From NCBI GenBank assembly GCA_973851085.1, contig OZ316776.1:2976001-3040000 (forward strand): a stretch of DNA of 64,000 nucleotides. The letters run 5' to 3'. Origin of the DNA: Ptychomitrium polyphyllum (Eukaryota). The notes beneath the pieces are model-generated. The model was not told the DNA's origin, ran no database searches, and saw nothing but the letters and a program-made list of their open reading frames with translations. The position numbers and the translations under genes are program-made. Positions 47,685 to 63,600 of this stretch are shown piece after piece (within the stretch, counting starts at the first letter, position 1; the number at the start of each line of letters is the position of its first letter).

Positions 47685-50600
47685 AAGTTGGCTCTTCAAC
47701 TTGGCAACCAGAGCATTTTCAAGTATTTATGGACGTAACATGAATTTGGAAAAAAAAGCATTCAAAAAAGAATATAAAACACTCAAAAGTAGCTTTCTTG
47801 TTCCTCATGTTTTGCAATGAGTGATGTTCTATAGGAGGTTGTTAACGTCACCATTATAAAATTTCCTGCAAAGATGCACCTGGCAGCAAAAGTTTGGAAT
47901 GTGTTAGTTATGGACACTCTCAAATAATGTGGTGGAAAACAAGACCTTGTACAAGTGATCTTTGAACAAGATTAATGTGAACTTTTTTCAAAAAGTATTA
48001 TAGGTTTGTATCTCTAGAACTCAAGAACTCAAAAAAGAAGGCCTTGAATTTTATTTTTTTAACTTAGTAAATTATCATCAAGGAACATGCTACAAAACTC
48101 ATTTGATTGCCCAACATCCATTGCAAACCTCAAACCAAATCATAAATCATAAATTGAGGGACAAGTTGGGTGCCTTTGAGTCCCATGCTTCATTGCATTC
48201 AAGGCTTAAGAGATAATCCAGATTGTGTTGACCGGATTCTACCAAATGTCTTAAGAAAAGTTTTGAAAAACTGAAGTGTACAAATGACTGTTATTGGTAT
48301 GAAGAAGGACGAAAGCTGCAAGCCTCAACATGGGTTGCTTTAGACAAATGCAAGTTCATATGGGAATCATAATCATGTGTTCAGTCTTGCATGCACAAGA
48401 TGTGTGCATCTACTCCACCTTCGTCACTGTTAATAGCTCTACTCTCTTTACCCCAGATATGACCTAGAAATTGCAACACTTGAGCGACCTGCCGTTCGTG
48501 AATGATAAGGTTTGAAACAGAATTATGCCATGTGAATTTCAGACGCTATCCTTTTTTCTACAGTGATTCTCTATTTTCAGACTGCTGTTAATCATCTTAA
48601 CACTTCTAAACTGGTTTTATAAGTACAAATGTAGAGGTTCTAAAAAGAAATTACCATACTAATGCAAAAATATTGCTTCCTATTATAGGCATTTTATATT
48701 TGTACCTATGCTAATTGTTGAAATTTCCCATTTGTAAATTATTTCTATTAGATAAGATTATTCTCAAAATTAATCTCCTCTTCTTTTTCTACTTTCAAAA
48801 GAAAGATAAATATAACAACAATTAAAGCATAGTATAATGATACAATTGCTGATTGTACAATGTCTCAACCACAAATTGTTTAAAAGAAATAGAGTTTGAT
48901 GGAATTTGATACATATGAAAAAAATATGTGCAAATTGTGAATTTTAAATTGTGCATATATAATACATATTCCCATAATATGTGAATATAATTGTTTTCTA
49001 CAATAGTACCAAAAATGAAATTTTGATTTCTATAAACATGACAAACAAGCTTTCAATATATTAAATCAATGCAATTTTTAAGCTTTAATTAACAAAAAAT
49101 ATCAAGCAATTTTGCGTACAAATTACAACACTAATAATGCAATACAAGAAAATATATATAATAGACATTTTATTATTAATTTTTAACATCTATGGTAGTT
49201 TATATACTTATCATTGTTGCTTTTTAAACATTGACTGTATAAATGAAGATTCACATTTTTGCTTTTATTTTGTAAAGCCTTCTTACAAGTGCAATTTTAC
49301 ATTTGCTTTTTCTTTTCTTTTCTATTTTTCCAAATTGTTTTCTTTTCATTGTTTTTAGCTAAGTTCACCAAGGAATATTATGAAAAGAAAAATGTATATT
49401 GCACCTTTTAGTTCTAAAAAGATTAATTTAAACTCAATTCTAGTTATTTAATGATGTTTTTTACTCTTTATGTTTTAAACTTTATAAATATAATTGATAT
49501 TAGAAGTTTTTAAATACATACAATGAAAACATAATTTTATTTAAATTATAGAAGAAACACAACAAAAGTAATGATAAAAATGTATGTCAGCTCTTTATGG
49601 AATCAAATTTGATATAAAGCTATTTCAATTTTCAATTCATTAAAGTGAAATGAGTAGTTTTATGCTATGATAATTACCACCTAAAAGCATCACATTGTAA
49701 ATCCATCTACTCAATCAATATTAAATAAGTCATTGTAATTAAAATTATAAGAAATTGTTAATTAAAAGATATGAATATTTTATTCAAAATTAAATGGTTA
49801 AAATTCCATGAATATAATTATATGTATATAAAAGATAAATTTGGAAATCCTTAAGTCTTATAATCACATCAATATGAAAATACTCCTTTAAAAATACTTT
49901 TAAGAAGTTTTTCTAAAACTTCATATTACAAAGAATCCTTTAGACTTTTGAAATTAAAAAAGCATTAGCAATCATTACTATGGTGTATACAACCATAAAA
50001 ATTTAAAAATCATTAATGTTATAATTTCTTTGCAAAATAGGTAATTTATAATTCTTGAGAATTTGATATATTTAACAAAAATGACTTATTCAAAATTGAA
50101 TAGTTTTGCTTGTAGCATATTTTATGTTGTAAACAGTGCAAATGAATTTCTTTTAATTTTAAACACTACCAATTTCTATGAAACACATAAAAATCACATC
50201 TATTATTTATAATTCAATTTTATTAGAGGTAAAGCACTTGGTACATTAAACCTTGTTAAATCATTTTGCATTATAAGAATATTGTAAAAAATTCATTAAA
50301 AGAATTCTTTTATTGCATCTACAAGATAAATATTCCATTGAGCTAATAAAGAATTCAAAATTAAGCTACAAAAAGAGCAATACATTACATCATTTTTCAT
50401 TACATCATAATGCCTTAATTTTGTTGTGCCTCCAACTATATTTTAAAAAAAGCTCCAAATTTGTCTTTTTATAAAATATATCATCATTATTATCATTATA
50501 AATCCAATTTTCACTATGTATATGAATTGTTGTAGTTTCTAATTGCCAAGGCATCCAACTATGGTATGATGAATGTAACAATTAATATGATTTTATTAAG

Positions 50601-52808
50601 CTTGCCTTATAAGAATCTAAAATAAATATAATGTCAAAAAAATTAAGTTATGTGGTTAATATAAATAAAATGCATGCATGAAAATTTTCTTCAATAATTA
50701 AGTATGCATGTAATAGCTCTAGTGTTGATTAAATAGTTTATCAAAATGACAAATGAAGTTGGATGAATAAATTGTTTAACAAGAGAAAACAACTTCAATT
50801 GTAATAAAATGTATGAAAAGATTATGTTAAATTTAATTAAAAATTTGGCAGCCAACCATAGGTTTTAAAAAATATATTTTAATTCTTCATTTATTATATT
50901 GATGTTTGTCTTTTCCAAAAAATAAATATAAATATTTTAACTTCATAAAATTTAATATATCACATAGCAATTATTGAAAATAAAATTTACCTTCATTAAA
51001 ACATAACAATATATTTGAACAAGTTTCAATGTATACCAAATTGAATCATTGGCACCTAAAATTTTATTAATATTGAACAAATAATAGTTTGAAAACCAAT
51101 CATTTAAAAAAACAAGACAAGATTAATTTATTATGCTTAAAAAAATCTTTGTAATTGTAGCTCATATACATATAGAAAAGACAATGCTTATACCAAAAAA
51201 TAACATTTATATTCTATCTATATAAGCCTTTGCATGCAATATTGCACATAATATTAATTAAATGATAAAAAAAGATATATAACAAACTATATAAAGAGAA
51301 TGTGCAGTGTTATGCTTTATTGAAAATACTATAAGATTATTACAATGCTTATATACAAATAAAAATATCATTTTACTATGAATATTCATTCAAAATTCTA
51401 TTTTATATTTCTATTAATGCTATTCTGAAATTAAACTTTTTTAAAACATCTTCTAAGTTTTTATTTTATTTACTTTTAGACATCAATGTTGCATCCTACT
51501 AACATCTACAATTTATATGTTTGCTATTTTTGAGCATATATGAATCATAATTTCTTAATCTTTACTCTAGGATATTAAATTTTCAACAAACTTTTTATTT
51601 CAATAATTCTACAATCAATCTAATACATATGTTGCTATAAACATTTACATGCTTTACAACTGCATGTAAGTAATGATAATGAAATTATACTCTAATTTTA
51701 TTTATGTATTAAAATTTTCTTTGTATTCAACATGCATATTAAAGATAAGAGGTGATTTCATCAATATCATCAATGAACATTGCACTATTACTGTAAATAG
51801 GTAAATATTATTGATACATTCCAACTTTTGATTTTTTGTAGGACAATGAAATAAAATCATACTTACAATGAAATTCCATCTTTTTCTTCTTCAAGCATTT
51901 AAAAAAATTTATCTAGTAAGCTGGAGTTTCCACTCTGCAAAATATATAAAAATGTAAAGTAAAAAATAAAGAATGGTACAATATGCAAAACAAAATCTAA
52001 AGATGTTATAAATAAATTACAAATTGTTCACTTACTATTATATAGATTTTATCATAAACTTCCAGACTTTAGCTTCACAAGTTCAAAGTACTTTATTAAT
52101 ACCAAAAAATTTCATAAGTTCTAAACACCTTAGAAGTGTCAAAATAAAATAAAATTATCAAACATTTCAAGGCTTCATATGAAAAAAAAAGATTGCTTTT
52201 AACCTTAAAAGTCATAGTTATATTGACAACCTATGATTTGTTTTAGCCTTTGAAGTAAATCAATGATAAAAAGTATTGAACCTATATTTGTTATATTTTG
52301 TCTTTCTTATACTTCTTCATTTAAAAAAAATAATATCATCAATAGATTGAAGTTGATTGACTTGCACTTTAATAATTCTACATAAATGCTCTTTATATTT
52401 AACTATAAATATAATAAAAATAACCTTTACTATTTTGCATAACAAAACTAAGTCTTTGTTTATTTTTGGCAATACAATCCATCATAAGATGTCACTCCTG
52501 TATAAACAGACACTGTCTTTTACTCAATTTCTATAAAATGAAATAAAAATATTGTTTACAATAAACTACTATAATATCAACACATAAAAAAATTCTTCAA
52601 TCATTCACATATTTCATTACAAAGTAAAATAATACTGCTGACAAATACCTTATGCACATGTAAGTTATGAAGTTGCTTCCTTAAAAGCAATTTCTAAAAA
52701 CTATCATGAATTATAATTAATATTAAAAAATATTTTCATGAAAAAAAAATCCATACTTATAAAAATAAATTGTTAAAATAAATTGTATCTTGGAAACAAA
52801 AACCTCTT

Positions 52809-55042
52809 TTAATATTTTAATTCAATATGATCTTCATAAAAAAGATTACATTTTAATGTGCCCAACTTTGGTGCTAATGCAATTGATGTTGTTGCTTGTA
52901 GACTTTGTGCTATAGAAGGTGATGGAGAAGGCTCAATGGATATTCCTAGGCTCTTCAATTGTTCCCTGGCACGTGCTAATTTACATTGTAGCCTCAAATT
53001 CACCATTCCCAATTTCCAATTCTTAAATACATTATGTTTATTTACAAAAAGTTTTTCTTTACAAATCTTTTGTAGTTGAATTTTTAAAGCTTTATTTTGA
53101 GTAACTTTTATTTCTTCCATAGGTACTGCTTTATCAAGTTCTTGATTATCAAATAAATCTAAATTTGCTGGAGAAGGATGAGATCTTTTAACAATTGTTA
53201 ACAAATTATCTTCTTCATAACTATCAATGATGATTGGATCATTCAAAGTATTTATTAAACTTGGTATAAAAAAAGGACTTCTTTTACTTATTCTGTCTTC
53301 ACATTTGCAAGAAGCAAATTGAATTGTCTTTCTAATTCCACATCTACTTCAACAATACTTGTAGCAATTAAATTTTGTAAAAATATAGGACTTCCAATAC
53401 ATAAGTTATCCATCAATTGAAGGCTACAAATACATAGAATCTAAATTAACTTAAGATTTTTAACTTGCACATTTGTTGAAGGATTTAGATTTGCTATATG
53501 TGAATTAAGTAAAGATTCCTCACTTGCTTCACTTTGATTTGGTTTAGGCTCCAAATTTGATGCATGTGACTTCTGCAAAAGCTCAGGAGTTGATTTATAA
53601 GGATCAAATGCAGGTTTTTCACTTGCTTCCCACTAATTTGATAAGAAAATTGGAGAAGCATGGCTTGATAAAGATATTGCCCTTCTTACATGCTCTTGCG
53701 GAAGACCATCCTCAATATTACCAAAAGAGATAGCAAACTTTGAATTCAAAAATATTTACTTATTAGAGTAGCTTCATCAAATTCCATATTGTTTCCTATA
53801 TTTGTAAAAGTTTCTATAATTTATTAGAACAAAATTGTAAATACTCATATAAAAATTTCTTATACATTTAGAAATCTTATTTTTTGCTCCTTGCAAATTT
53901 AGATGTCATTTGCATTATCTTCTTCTATAGATTTTTCAAAAGATTGGTTTGAGATTTCTTCTATTTCTTTGGCCTCATCAAGAACTGAAATTTGTTATGC
54001 AAGTCTTTTATTTCTTCTTTTACAATTGGTTGCAATATTTTCCTCCAAAGTTGATATATTACTGATATTAAAAAGATGTGGCCAATGGGAATTGTTTGTG
54101 ATCATTGAAGGAATGAATAAATACTCAAATCTTCAAAAATTACATCCAAAGATTAGGGGTGTACATATACTTCTCCAAATCCTTGCTATCATCATTGATA
54201 ATAGCAACTAGTTGCATTCCATGCATCTGATTACAAAACACAATAATTAAATAGGATCATAATTATTTAATCCCTGAATGTTAAATTTACATATCCATGA
54301 TATAATTACTCTTTTGATATAATAGAAATGACTAATGCAAAGTATAATACCATCTTTAGAACAATTTTTAACCACATTTCAAAGTATTATTTATGAAATT
54401 GAGTGTAGAAACAAATAATAGTAATGACAATTAAAATTAAGATTCTATAAGCAATTGACCATTAGATGACAACTTACAATTGAAGCAATCATTGGCTTTC
54501 TCCCAAGGGTGATGCTAAAAAATACTTCCAATTTCATTTGGAATATTTAACAATTTACAAATCTTTGAAATAAAATCAAAATAAACTATTAGTTGAAGTT
54601 CATTTTCATATATATTAAGAACATGTTCATATAATTCACCAATACTTTTGTTGAGCTCATTGCAAATCAATTGTTTTGCCCAAGTCAAAGAAGGGAAGTC
54701 TAACTTCCTTGAAATAAACACAATAGTGCCATTTTCCATCTTCAATATTGAGTTTGAAAAGAAATGTTTTTCTCCTTGAGTAGGCACATAGAAACTTTTA
54801 AAGATATTGTAGTTTGGAAAGTGAAATTGTAAGGCGTTAAAGACTCCTTTTGACTTTATAGAATGGGCTGTTACCATCCAATATAAAGAAGTTTCTAAGT
54901 AATTTGCAAATTTTGACAATATGGATATATATGGTACAATGAAAGATGGCAAGTCACTTCTGATTACTTTTAGAAATAGGTCCAGTGTACAGAGGTCTAT
55001 TATTCCACTTACAAAACAAAAATCAGACATATCCATTGTCAC
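52809..55042 (-). pseudogene. Decayed coding remnants, probably a second ORF of the adjacent DNA transposon
   Basis: Fragmented, protein-like 145-aa and 175-aa ORFs (coiled-coil-like KLARAREQLKSLG) in very AT-rich DNA, divergent from the transposase remnant. I do not recognise the family. Confidence 0.35.
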
Positions 55043-55539
55043 TCAAACATTTGAGTTAGATTTTTGTTCCAACATATCTTTTAAATTGTCATCTATTTGC
55101 ATAGAAGCAATATTTGTAACGAGTCCGTTTTTCTTAAATAAAGAAAATATTGGAAAAACATGGAGATCTTCAATAGTTTTATTTAAAAAAATCCACTACA
55201 TCTCTATAATAAATTACTTAGGAGGTGGAACTTGCTTTTGCTTTGGTTTATCATTAATTTTCATGAACTTTGCAAAATAGCCTTTTGATGCACGTCGGAT
55301 CAATTCATCCATATGTATATTAGTAAAGTCTACTTGTTTCTTGAATTTCCTCCATTCTCTAATGTTAATGTCTTTTCCATTCCAATGTGTTCATTGGAGC
55401 TACCACTTTTTTCCAAGGTTATTTCAAAAAATATGTATTGTAGAAAGAAGATTTATATGCATGCAAATATGGCTCTTGATAAATGGAATATCATAATGTA
55501 ATTTTTTTCAATACAAAAAATATGTTGTTAATGGCCGCT

Positions 55540-57693
55540 GTCCGCAATATCATGGAAGTAAAGAAAGGAAAAAAACATCACATATTGTTGCTCAAGCTAT
55601 TCAAAAAATGGCTATGATTCTAATATTTAAGGCAGATGTTATGCTATACAGATTTTGCATTCAAATATGTGGTTTACTAAAAACTAAAAAAATTGTGGAA
55701 AAAATTCTACCTAGTGGTACAAAATGGAAAAAATACAAGAAGAAATAAACAAGGTAATGTATTGGTATTATTTTCCTCAAAGTATCTATAGTTTTTTTCC
55801 TTGTTGTAATAACAAATTTTTCATTAATTAATTTGCTAACGGTATTTCATATTTTTCATTTTAAAATATGCCATTTACATTGTATAGGCTATTGTAAGTG
55901 CAAGTTGAATGTGCAGAGAAGGTTATTTTTCAATCATCTTATAGCAAATATTGCAAAGAATATATTTTTGAATTTCAAAATGAAACGCAGAGGAAATGGA
56001 TTTGCTCGTTGTAGAAGATGCGGTGAATTTAATAAACTTTGAGACGTACATGTTTATAGATTACTAGACTTTTTGAATACTATCCATTTATTCAAAGTTC
56101 ATTTACGTGAGCAAGAAGCTAGTCAAGCTTACTATTTCTTGAATAGAACATTGGCTTGTTATTGTCCATTACAAGTTTTATCTATAATGCATGACAAAAT
56201 GGACCATTCAAAAACAACATCTCCTTACTTTATTGTTAATAATAAAGCACTTGGTAGTCTAATGAAATTGCTAGTCTATGTAATAGGGATGCTTGCCCAT
56301 GGACACAATGATAAAAAATACGCTTACTATACACTTGACTTGTATCTTGTTGATGACAATTGGATCAATAACAAAGCTTCTTTGTGACTTAGAAAATCAA
56401 ATAAACCTTGCCTACAATATAAGGACTTACCAAATTGCCACCTATATTTCATGTGCAGCTTGATAATTGTTAGAAAGACAACAAGAGCAAACATATAATG
56501 TATTTTTGGTCTTTGTTTATCGCCAAAGGTATATTTGAAGAAATACAAGTTTCTTTTCTCCTTGTTGGATATACACATGATGACATAGATGCTTCTTTTG
56601 GACGATGGAATATGAAATTGCGAGAAAATGATTATTCTACCATTCCATTGTTGATGAAATCATACATGGATTTGGATGAAGACCTCATTATTCTTATCTT
56701 CATTGAAGAAGTTTTTGAATTCAAATCCTTCATTCAAAGATACATCAATGAAGACTATCTCATTGAACATTTTTAATGCTGGCAACTTTATTTATATATA
56801 GGTTGTAATGGATGGCCCTTAATGCAATACAAATTGAAATGCACAAATGATAAATGGAATCCAAAAGAGGAAATCAAGTTATGGCAAGAAGATAAAGATG
56901 GAAAGCCAAAATTACCATTTAAAATCTACCTATTGTTTTACCACACCTAATGAAGGGACATGATGAAATCATAAAAGACATTAATGGTTTCATTGAATAT
57001 TGGAAAAACACTAGTGAAGCAGATATGATGGGAGAATATACACGTCAATATGGACATCTTGTACAATATTGGACTAGAGTGAAAGAAGCTCTTTATGAAT
57101 AAGAAATGGAAGTAGTGGATGTTTTTTGTATGGACTTTTGGCCTGAAAGTTGCGAGTCTATTGATGTTCAAATATTATATACTTTGGATGGACAAATATA
57201 AGATGAATTTAGAAAAGATGATTATTATATTGGACCTAAGAGTCTTTATCTATCACTTGCATTTTGAGTAGGACAAGATTGTCATAGTGGATATTTTTTG
57301 TTGATTCGTCCTACATTGAATAATATTGCTTCTATTTAATTAACAAAGGCAAAATCTAATCTTAATTTAACATATTGAGATGTGAATTATAAACCCTTTA
57401 AGGTAAAATGGTACAAACCTTTTGCTAGATCAAATTATGCAATAAAAAAATACCAAAATTGGAATACACATAAGAACTTCAAATGGAAACCAGATCCTAC
57501 TTATGAAGAACAAATGACAAACACAAGTAGTACATTAACACCATGGAAATTCCAAAAATCACAAGAAACAATAACAAGTAATAGTTGTAGTTCCAAAATG
57601 ACATATTATATTAGTTTCCTAGTGAGGCTTGCATATAATGTAGAAGTAATATCAAATGCTTTAGAAATAGCTAGTGGAATTGATAATGAATAA
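55540..57693 (+). mobile_element. Degenerate DDD-type DNA transposase pseudogene (Sola-like)
   Basis: Ordered motifs broken by stops and frameshifts: FARCRRC (~56000), LSIMHDKMDHSKT (~56180), IGMLAHGH, FHVQLDNC*KDNK (~56447), VSFLLVGYTHDDIDASFG (~56547). The DNC.x.NK and G(H/Y)TH.D.D pattern is characteristic of this RNase-H-fold transposase group. Termini were not found. Confidence 0.7.
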
Positions 57694-60600
57694 TTCATAT
57701 GGTATGTTCACATTAATATGAATAAAGTATTGATGTATCTTACTTGCATTAATATCTATTAAATTTGTACAATTCACTATGTAAATTTAAAATTGTAAGA
57801 TAATTAGTCAATTACTTATTTTTAATATTGATGACATAATTTAGTGATGACTACATTATATAATAACTCTTTTATTTCTACAATTGTAGACCATGAATAT
57901 GAATTATACTAAAACAAAAATTCTTTTAGATTTGGTTGTATTATAATATTATAAATATTGTTATTTCATATGAAGATGCATAAATATAAATTTAATATTA
58001 AAATAAGTTATTCTTTACTCTTTTAAGATTGTAATATTATAAAATAATGTAGATTGAAATAATTTAAAAAGTGATGAAATATATATCATCAATCTTAATT
58101 ATTTAGTGTTTCAGTATGACATATAATAGTTTATAATACAAAAAGAATACATCAAATTACATTACTGTTTAAAGAAACAAAATTTAAAATATTTCATGTA
58201 AGCTTATAAACTTCTACAATTTCAAAATTATAATCAAGAATATGTACAATTCTTTTTAAGTATAAATAAATGTATTGTAGTAATAAATAGATAATTCATT
58301 ACAAAAATAAATCAAATTTTAGACACTTTTTTGAAAAGAACATTATACCATTTAAATAAACAAAATTGTGGCCAAATTTCTTCAATTTGGACTATTCCTT
58401 GAATTAGAAAATTGTATAAATTAATTTTTTTAAAATTTAGAGATGTAAGAAGTGGAAATATGTAAATTACATTTGTATTTTTTTTCAAATTATACAAACT
58501 CTAAATTTCAATTTTCTAGTTTTTTTTAGTAAAATGAAGCATTAAACTCATCTATCATAGGATATAGCTTATTACTTCTTACAATCCAATAATGATAACA
58601 TTCAATTGACAGAAATTCCAAATTTGAAGATGCGTCTAAATCTAACAAATATAGCTTTTACATAGCTCACATACAAAATTAGTATTAAGTAAGATGTAAG
58701 AGTCTTGGGTAATATCACTTGAGCAATTTTGCACCTTCTTTTTATCATTTCTATGGTAGATATTTTAATATAGAGTACATGAAGATTTCTATTATCTATC
58801 ATGACATTGAAATAAATGTGACCATATAGTATTAAAGATATAATGTTCATTAACATATTATAAAAACTATAATAACCAAAGTCTACTGTATTTTATTAAT
58901 ATGTTTGTTGAGAACTTCATTACAATATAAAAAACATAATCAACCGATGCACCAAGTTTTACTTATGTTTACTTATGTGTCTTCTTTTTGTATTGCAAAG
59001 AATAAAAGAATTTGAAAACTAATTAGTTGTCTTGCATGTATATCAGCGTATAAATCAGCTTTTTTTTGCAAAATAAATTCTCTTATCATTTTGCATATTA
59101 ATTGTGGATTTTCTAATTAGAATATGACATATCTAAAGGATCTAAAAGATTATAATGCACATGATGCATTCACTCATTAAACAACACTGTGTGCAAATAA
59201 CATACCATGTGCAAAGTAACATGTTTGAACACATTGTTTTCTACTATCAATATGAACAATAAAAAAAATTTGCAACAAAACAATAACAATAGATATATGA
59301 TAAAGTAGTTTGGAGATTAAAGGAGTCATATATTGTTCAAAAGTCAGGTACTACCATATAATATTGGAATTTTCTTAGAAGTACCTTGAATTCTTGAACA
59401 TCTAACATCCACATATATGGCTAAACTTAACAACATACAATCTACATCAAATATTATTAAATATGTAAGAAATGACAAGTCATCTCCTATAACATAGGCC
59501 TTTAGTATTTCATTTTGCCAATGCAAACTAATGAAACTATTAAGTAATTGTGCTAATATGTAGTCCTAAGACGTCCCAAATTTGAGGAATAGTCCCAACT
59601 AAACGAATATGATGTTATAGCTTCCGTACATGTTGATTGTTCAACATAGTTATAACCGAACTTGAAAGGTTGCTGTGCAGGATTTGGTAGCATCGACTGT
59701 CGATCGACAGCTCCATATACGGATCCAAAAACTGGAATCTTATAGGTTCCTAACAGTCGCTACACCTCTGTTGGACCAAATGTTCCCTTCTTTAGAGCTT
59801 CGCCCTTTCGGTGCTGGAGCCTTTGAGCTGGAGTGTCTGGCGGATAAGAACTTATAGTTCAATACTTAACGAAACGATTATGGTGGAACTCCGGACGAGA
59901 AGATAAGGTACGACGTTCTTGTCTCTCATCAGGTTCTTCCAAATCACGGTCGTGAATTTCGGAATGCACTTCTAATTTAACTGGGTTTGATGACAGAGGA
60001 GTAATCTCCCAGGAATGCCCCTCTGGGTATCCTTGTTAACTTGTACTTTGCAGAGTTTAGTCAAACAAGTTCACTGACGTCGAGAGGATTTACCATCGAT
60101 TTCAGCACCTATCCAGTGAATATCTATTAAGCTGCAGGAGGTAGCCGGAAGTCGACTACTATAAGTTTTGTCACTTGAGCAAACTTGTCCCACATCCTTT
60201 TTGACACATTCTTCAACTCTTACATCAACTGACCTTCCGTTGTTGATTGCTATCGATGTTTATCTACATTCGCCTTCAATACTTCCAACAAACTTAACAG
60301 ATGGCCAGCCTTCTCCACTTTTGAATTTATGCGAATTTGACAACGTTGAGACTGACAGTAATCAGTCTAGGTTGAGGTCCATTAATTAGGGGGTCCTAAT
60401 TCGCATGTACTGCAATCTGTATTGTTGCAGTACTTAAGAAAATCAAGACTTCACACACGCTAACAAGGTGAGGCGGAGATCCATGCCTACCCTAGACTAT
60501 CAATTAAAGTGGTACTGCTGGTCCCAGTATAAGAGTACCTGATATGTAAGCTTCTCTTTTCATTTCAATAATCAAAGGTTGTAAGTAAGCTTTTTATGTT

Positions 60601-63600
60601 ATTGAGAGAACTGGATCATCATCCAAATGTTTTTGCTAAAAATCCTTTTTCTAATGTTTCAAAGGTTCAAAATATATTTGGTATTCAATTGTTAAGTTAT
60701 CCATGTTGCAATGTACTAAGTGTGGAAAAACACCCCTTTGGATAAATTTCTAACAATTGGTTACTATATCACTTAGTAATCGATTGGACAACACTTAATA
60801 ATGCAAAATAAGGATATACCATTGAACACTTAGTAATCCTCATGTACAACTCTCGAATTGTAACTCTAACTTATACTTAAAATCAATCCAAACAACAGAA
60901 AAACTTGAAGATGATGTAAAATACTCTATTAACCAAAAAAATGTACAAGAAGTGAGACAACTCTCAACAAGTTTACTAGTAAAAAAATATATATATATAC
61001 CATATCTAGGGCAACTCTTCAATACATGCACTAAAATTAAGCTTCAAATCCACTTTTCTAAGATTTGAGTTAAACTTGTTCTAATCCTAAAATTGCTATT
61101 GATTACCAAGATGTGCTTGACTATTGATTCATCCCAATTTAAGGGCAGCTACTAACCAGGCCTGTTGATTGGTAACTGATTCCTTAACGTGTTTCAATGT
61201 GATACTATGTGAATCCAGCACCTACACTCCAATCTCTAAAGCGCCATTCTTCCAAGCAACAGCTATGGCGGCCACACTCGCAGTCGTCACAGGAGCAGCA
61301 AAAACAACGCTTTGTGAATCATTAGTGCAATTGAACCAAGGTTCGTATGCGAACGTTAAAGACAATGTGGTACAAAACACTCAAGCCTGTTTCAGTTTGC
61401 TAAATATAGTGCACATCGCCAGTGCTCGTCATATTCTCTTCCCTCTCACAACAAGGAATAAACGAAAACTATCCTTAGTAATCTACCCGCTTGTAGTTGC
61501 CCTTCACCGCAAATTGATCCTCTCAAGTATAGCAATTCTCGCAAGACTGCGAGCACGCTCATCTGCAATTCCAACCAGGAAGCACATCAATCTAAAGTGC
61601 GTGACTAAACTTAAATTCTTGATTGCATAGACGCACAAATGGGGTGCAGGTTTTCCTTAATAAGCTCATGGCAATACCACAACGCAACAGCATAACACAC
61701 CTCCCTTTTCACCATCATGAAGGACAAACTTAAAGCCTCTGCATTGCAGCAAGGACGATCACGCAATTCACAAGCTCTCATTTCTTAACTTTGTCCGAGG
61801 AACAAAATTATTCAATGAGGCTATACTGAGATTGTTGAGCTTTCTTTACTTGACATTGCTTGCGACTACTCAAGAGCTTCATCCACAAGACAGCATCTGC
61901 ATGTTTATGAACAATCGGCATTGCTGACATAGGACAGCTGATCAACTCGTCTAAGGCTGGAAAAACAAGGAAAACAAATGCTTCTTGCAAGGTACTGTTA
62001 TTGCATTCTACAACAATTAAGAGGACTACCCTTTGAGAGTTGCATCAAACTAAGATTCCAAAGAAATTTAGCTTTATATGCAATGTGGATGAATTACGTC
62101 TTGTTAAGACACTTTAAGAAACTAACGTCTGTTAAATGCACTGAAGACATTGATTAAGGATATTAATGTGTCTTAAAAGGTGCGATGTTCATGAATCCAG
62201 CTAGTTTTGAGCCTGGTAATTTGCGAATCCAATATGGCCATGACGATGACATCTAAGTCAACTTCAAGAGTACTTTCAGTCAGTTGATTAATTTCTGCAA
62301 CCAAAGCTTGTAAAAATTAAAGTAAAAGTCATGACGTACAACATCCTAGAATCAAGAGTTTGACTTACAAAAAGAAAAAGTTTACAACAGTGAACTAATG
62401 AAGAAAAACAAATTTATAACTTAGAATTGTTATGAGCAAAGCATGGAAAACAATCATTCATATTGGAATTAATGCATGGATGAATATTTAGAAGTTTCTT
62501 CTAAACCTATTAACCAAGATAGCAACATTTGCAAAACTTTGAAAGTCCTTATAAAATACCCTTTGTTGGAAACATATACTCCACCAATATTTTTTCTTCT
62601 AACAACATTTAGCAACAAGGAAGAAGGCCTAAAATTCTAGGCTATAACTACTATATTTACAAAGTTGATAAGGACCTTGATTGAATAATGAACTTAATTT
62701 TTTCTTAAACTCCTTTCAACCATCCTTTACATTAAGCTCCCTTCTACAATTTTCCATTGCAATTCAAGTGTGTTTACAAGCAAGAAGCTATCAATAAAAG
62801 GTAGTGAAGAGGTCAGTAAAGAGAAAAAGAACATCATATGATTTTTTGTATCTAAGTTGAGAATCTACAAGATGACATGATTGTTGAAGATGAGAAAAAA
62901 ACAACTCAATTCAAAATAAGACAAGCATAGATATTTATATAGAAGCAAGTGATATTTTAGATTCTACAAATCAATGAATATAGCATTATAGAAGAAAGAC
63001 TTAACATTGGAGCAAATTTCTTCTTCTTTAATTATCTGTAATATGGAGATTAGCTTAATACAATAAAAATGGCACTTTTTTATTTGTCTCTTTTACTAAT
63101 TTTTAGTTTAGCTTCCACTTTTTCTTATTTTATATCTTATTACTATGAATCAATTACAATTTTTTTTTGATTTAATCCATAATCATAGTTTTATTATTTA
63201 TATACTTTTAGATTGCATTCATATCCTTTAATCTATAATTTGTCCAAATGGCTTTAATTACAACCTTCAAGCACAAATTTTTGGCCTTTTGAGATTTACA
63301 TCTTACTTTGATTTATACTTCATTTACTTCTAAGATCCGCCTTTAAAATCCACATCTTCTTTTAGACATGTACCTTCACTTTTTAAGACATTTTCCTAAG
63401 TATTTTTGCTTAATTGGATTTTTTTTTAAAGTAAAAAATCATCAAATGGATGTACTTCAAAATTTGGATGAAAATCTTTAAAAAAAAACCACAATCTATA
63501 GTGAGGAGAATATATAAATAGTTATTATTTTTAATAATTTAAATTTTATATAGAATTTCATTTAGGTTACATTAATTTCAACAAAAAAATAAGTGTGTAG

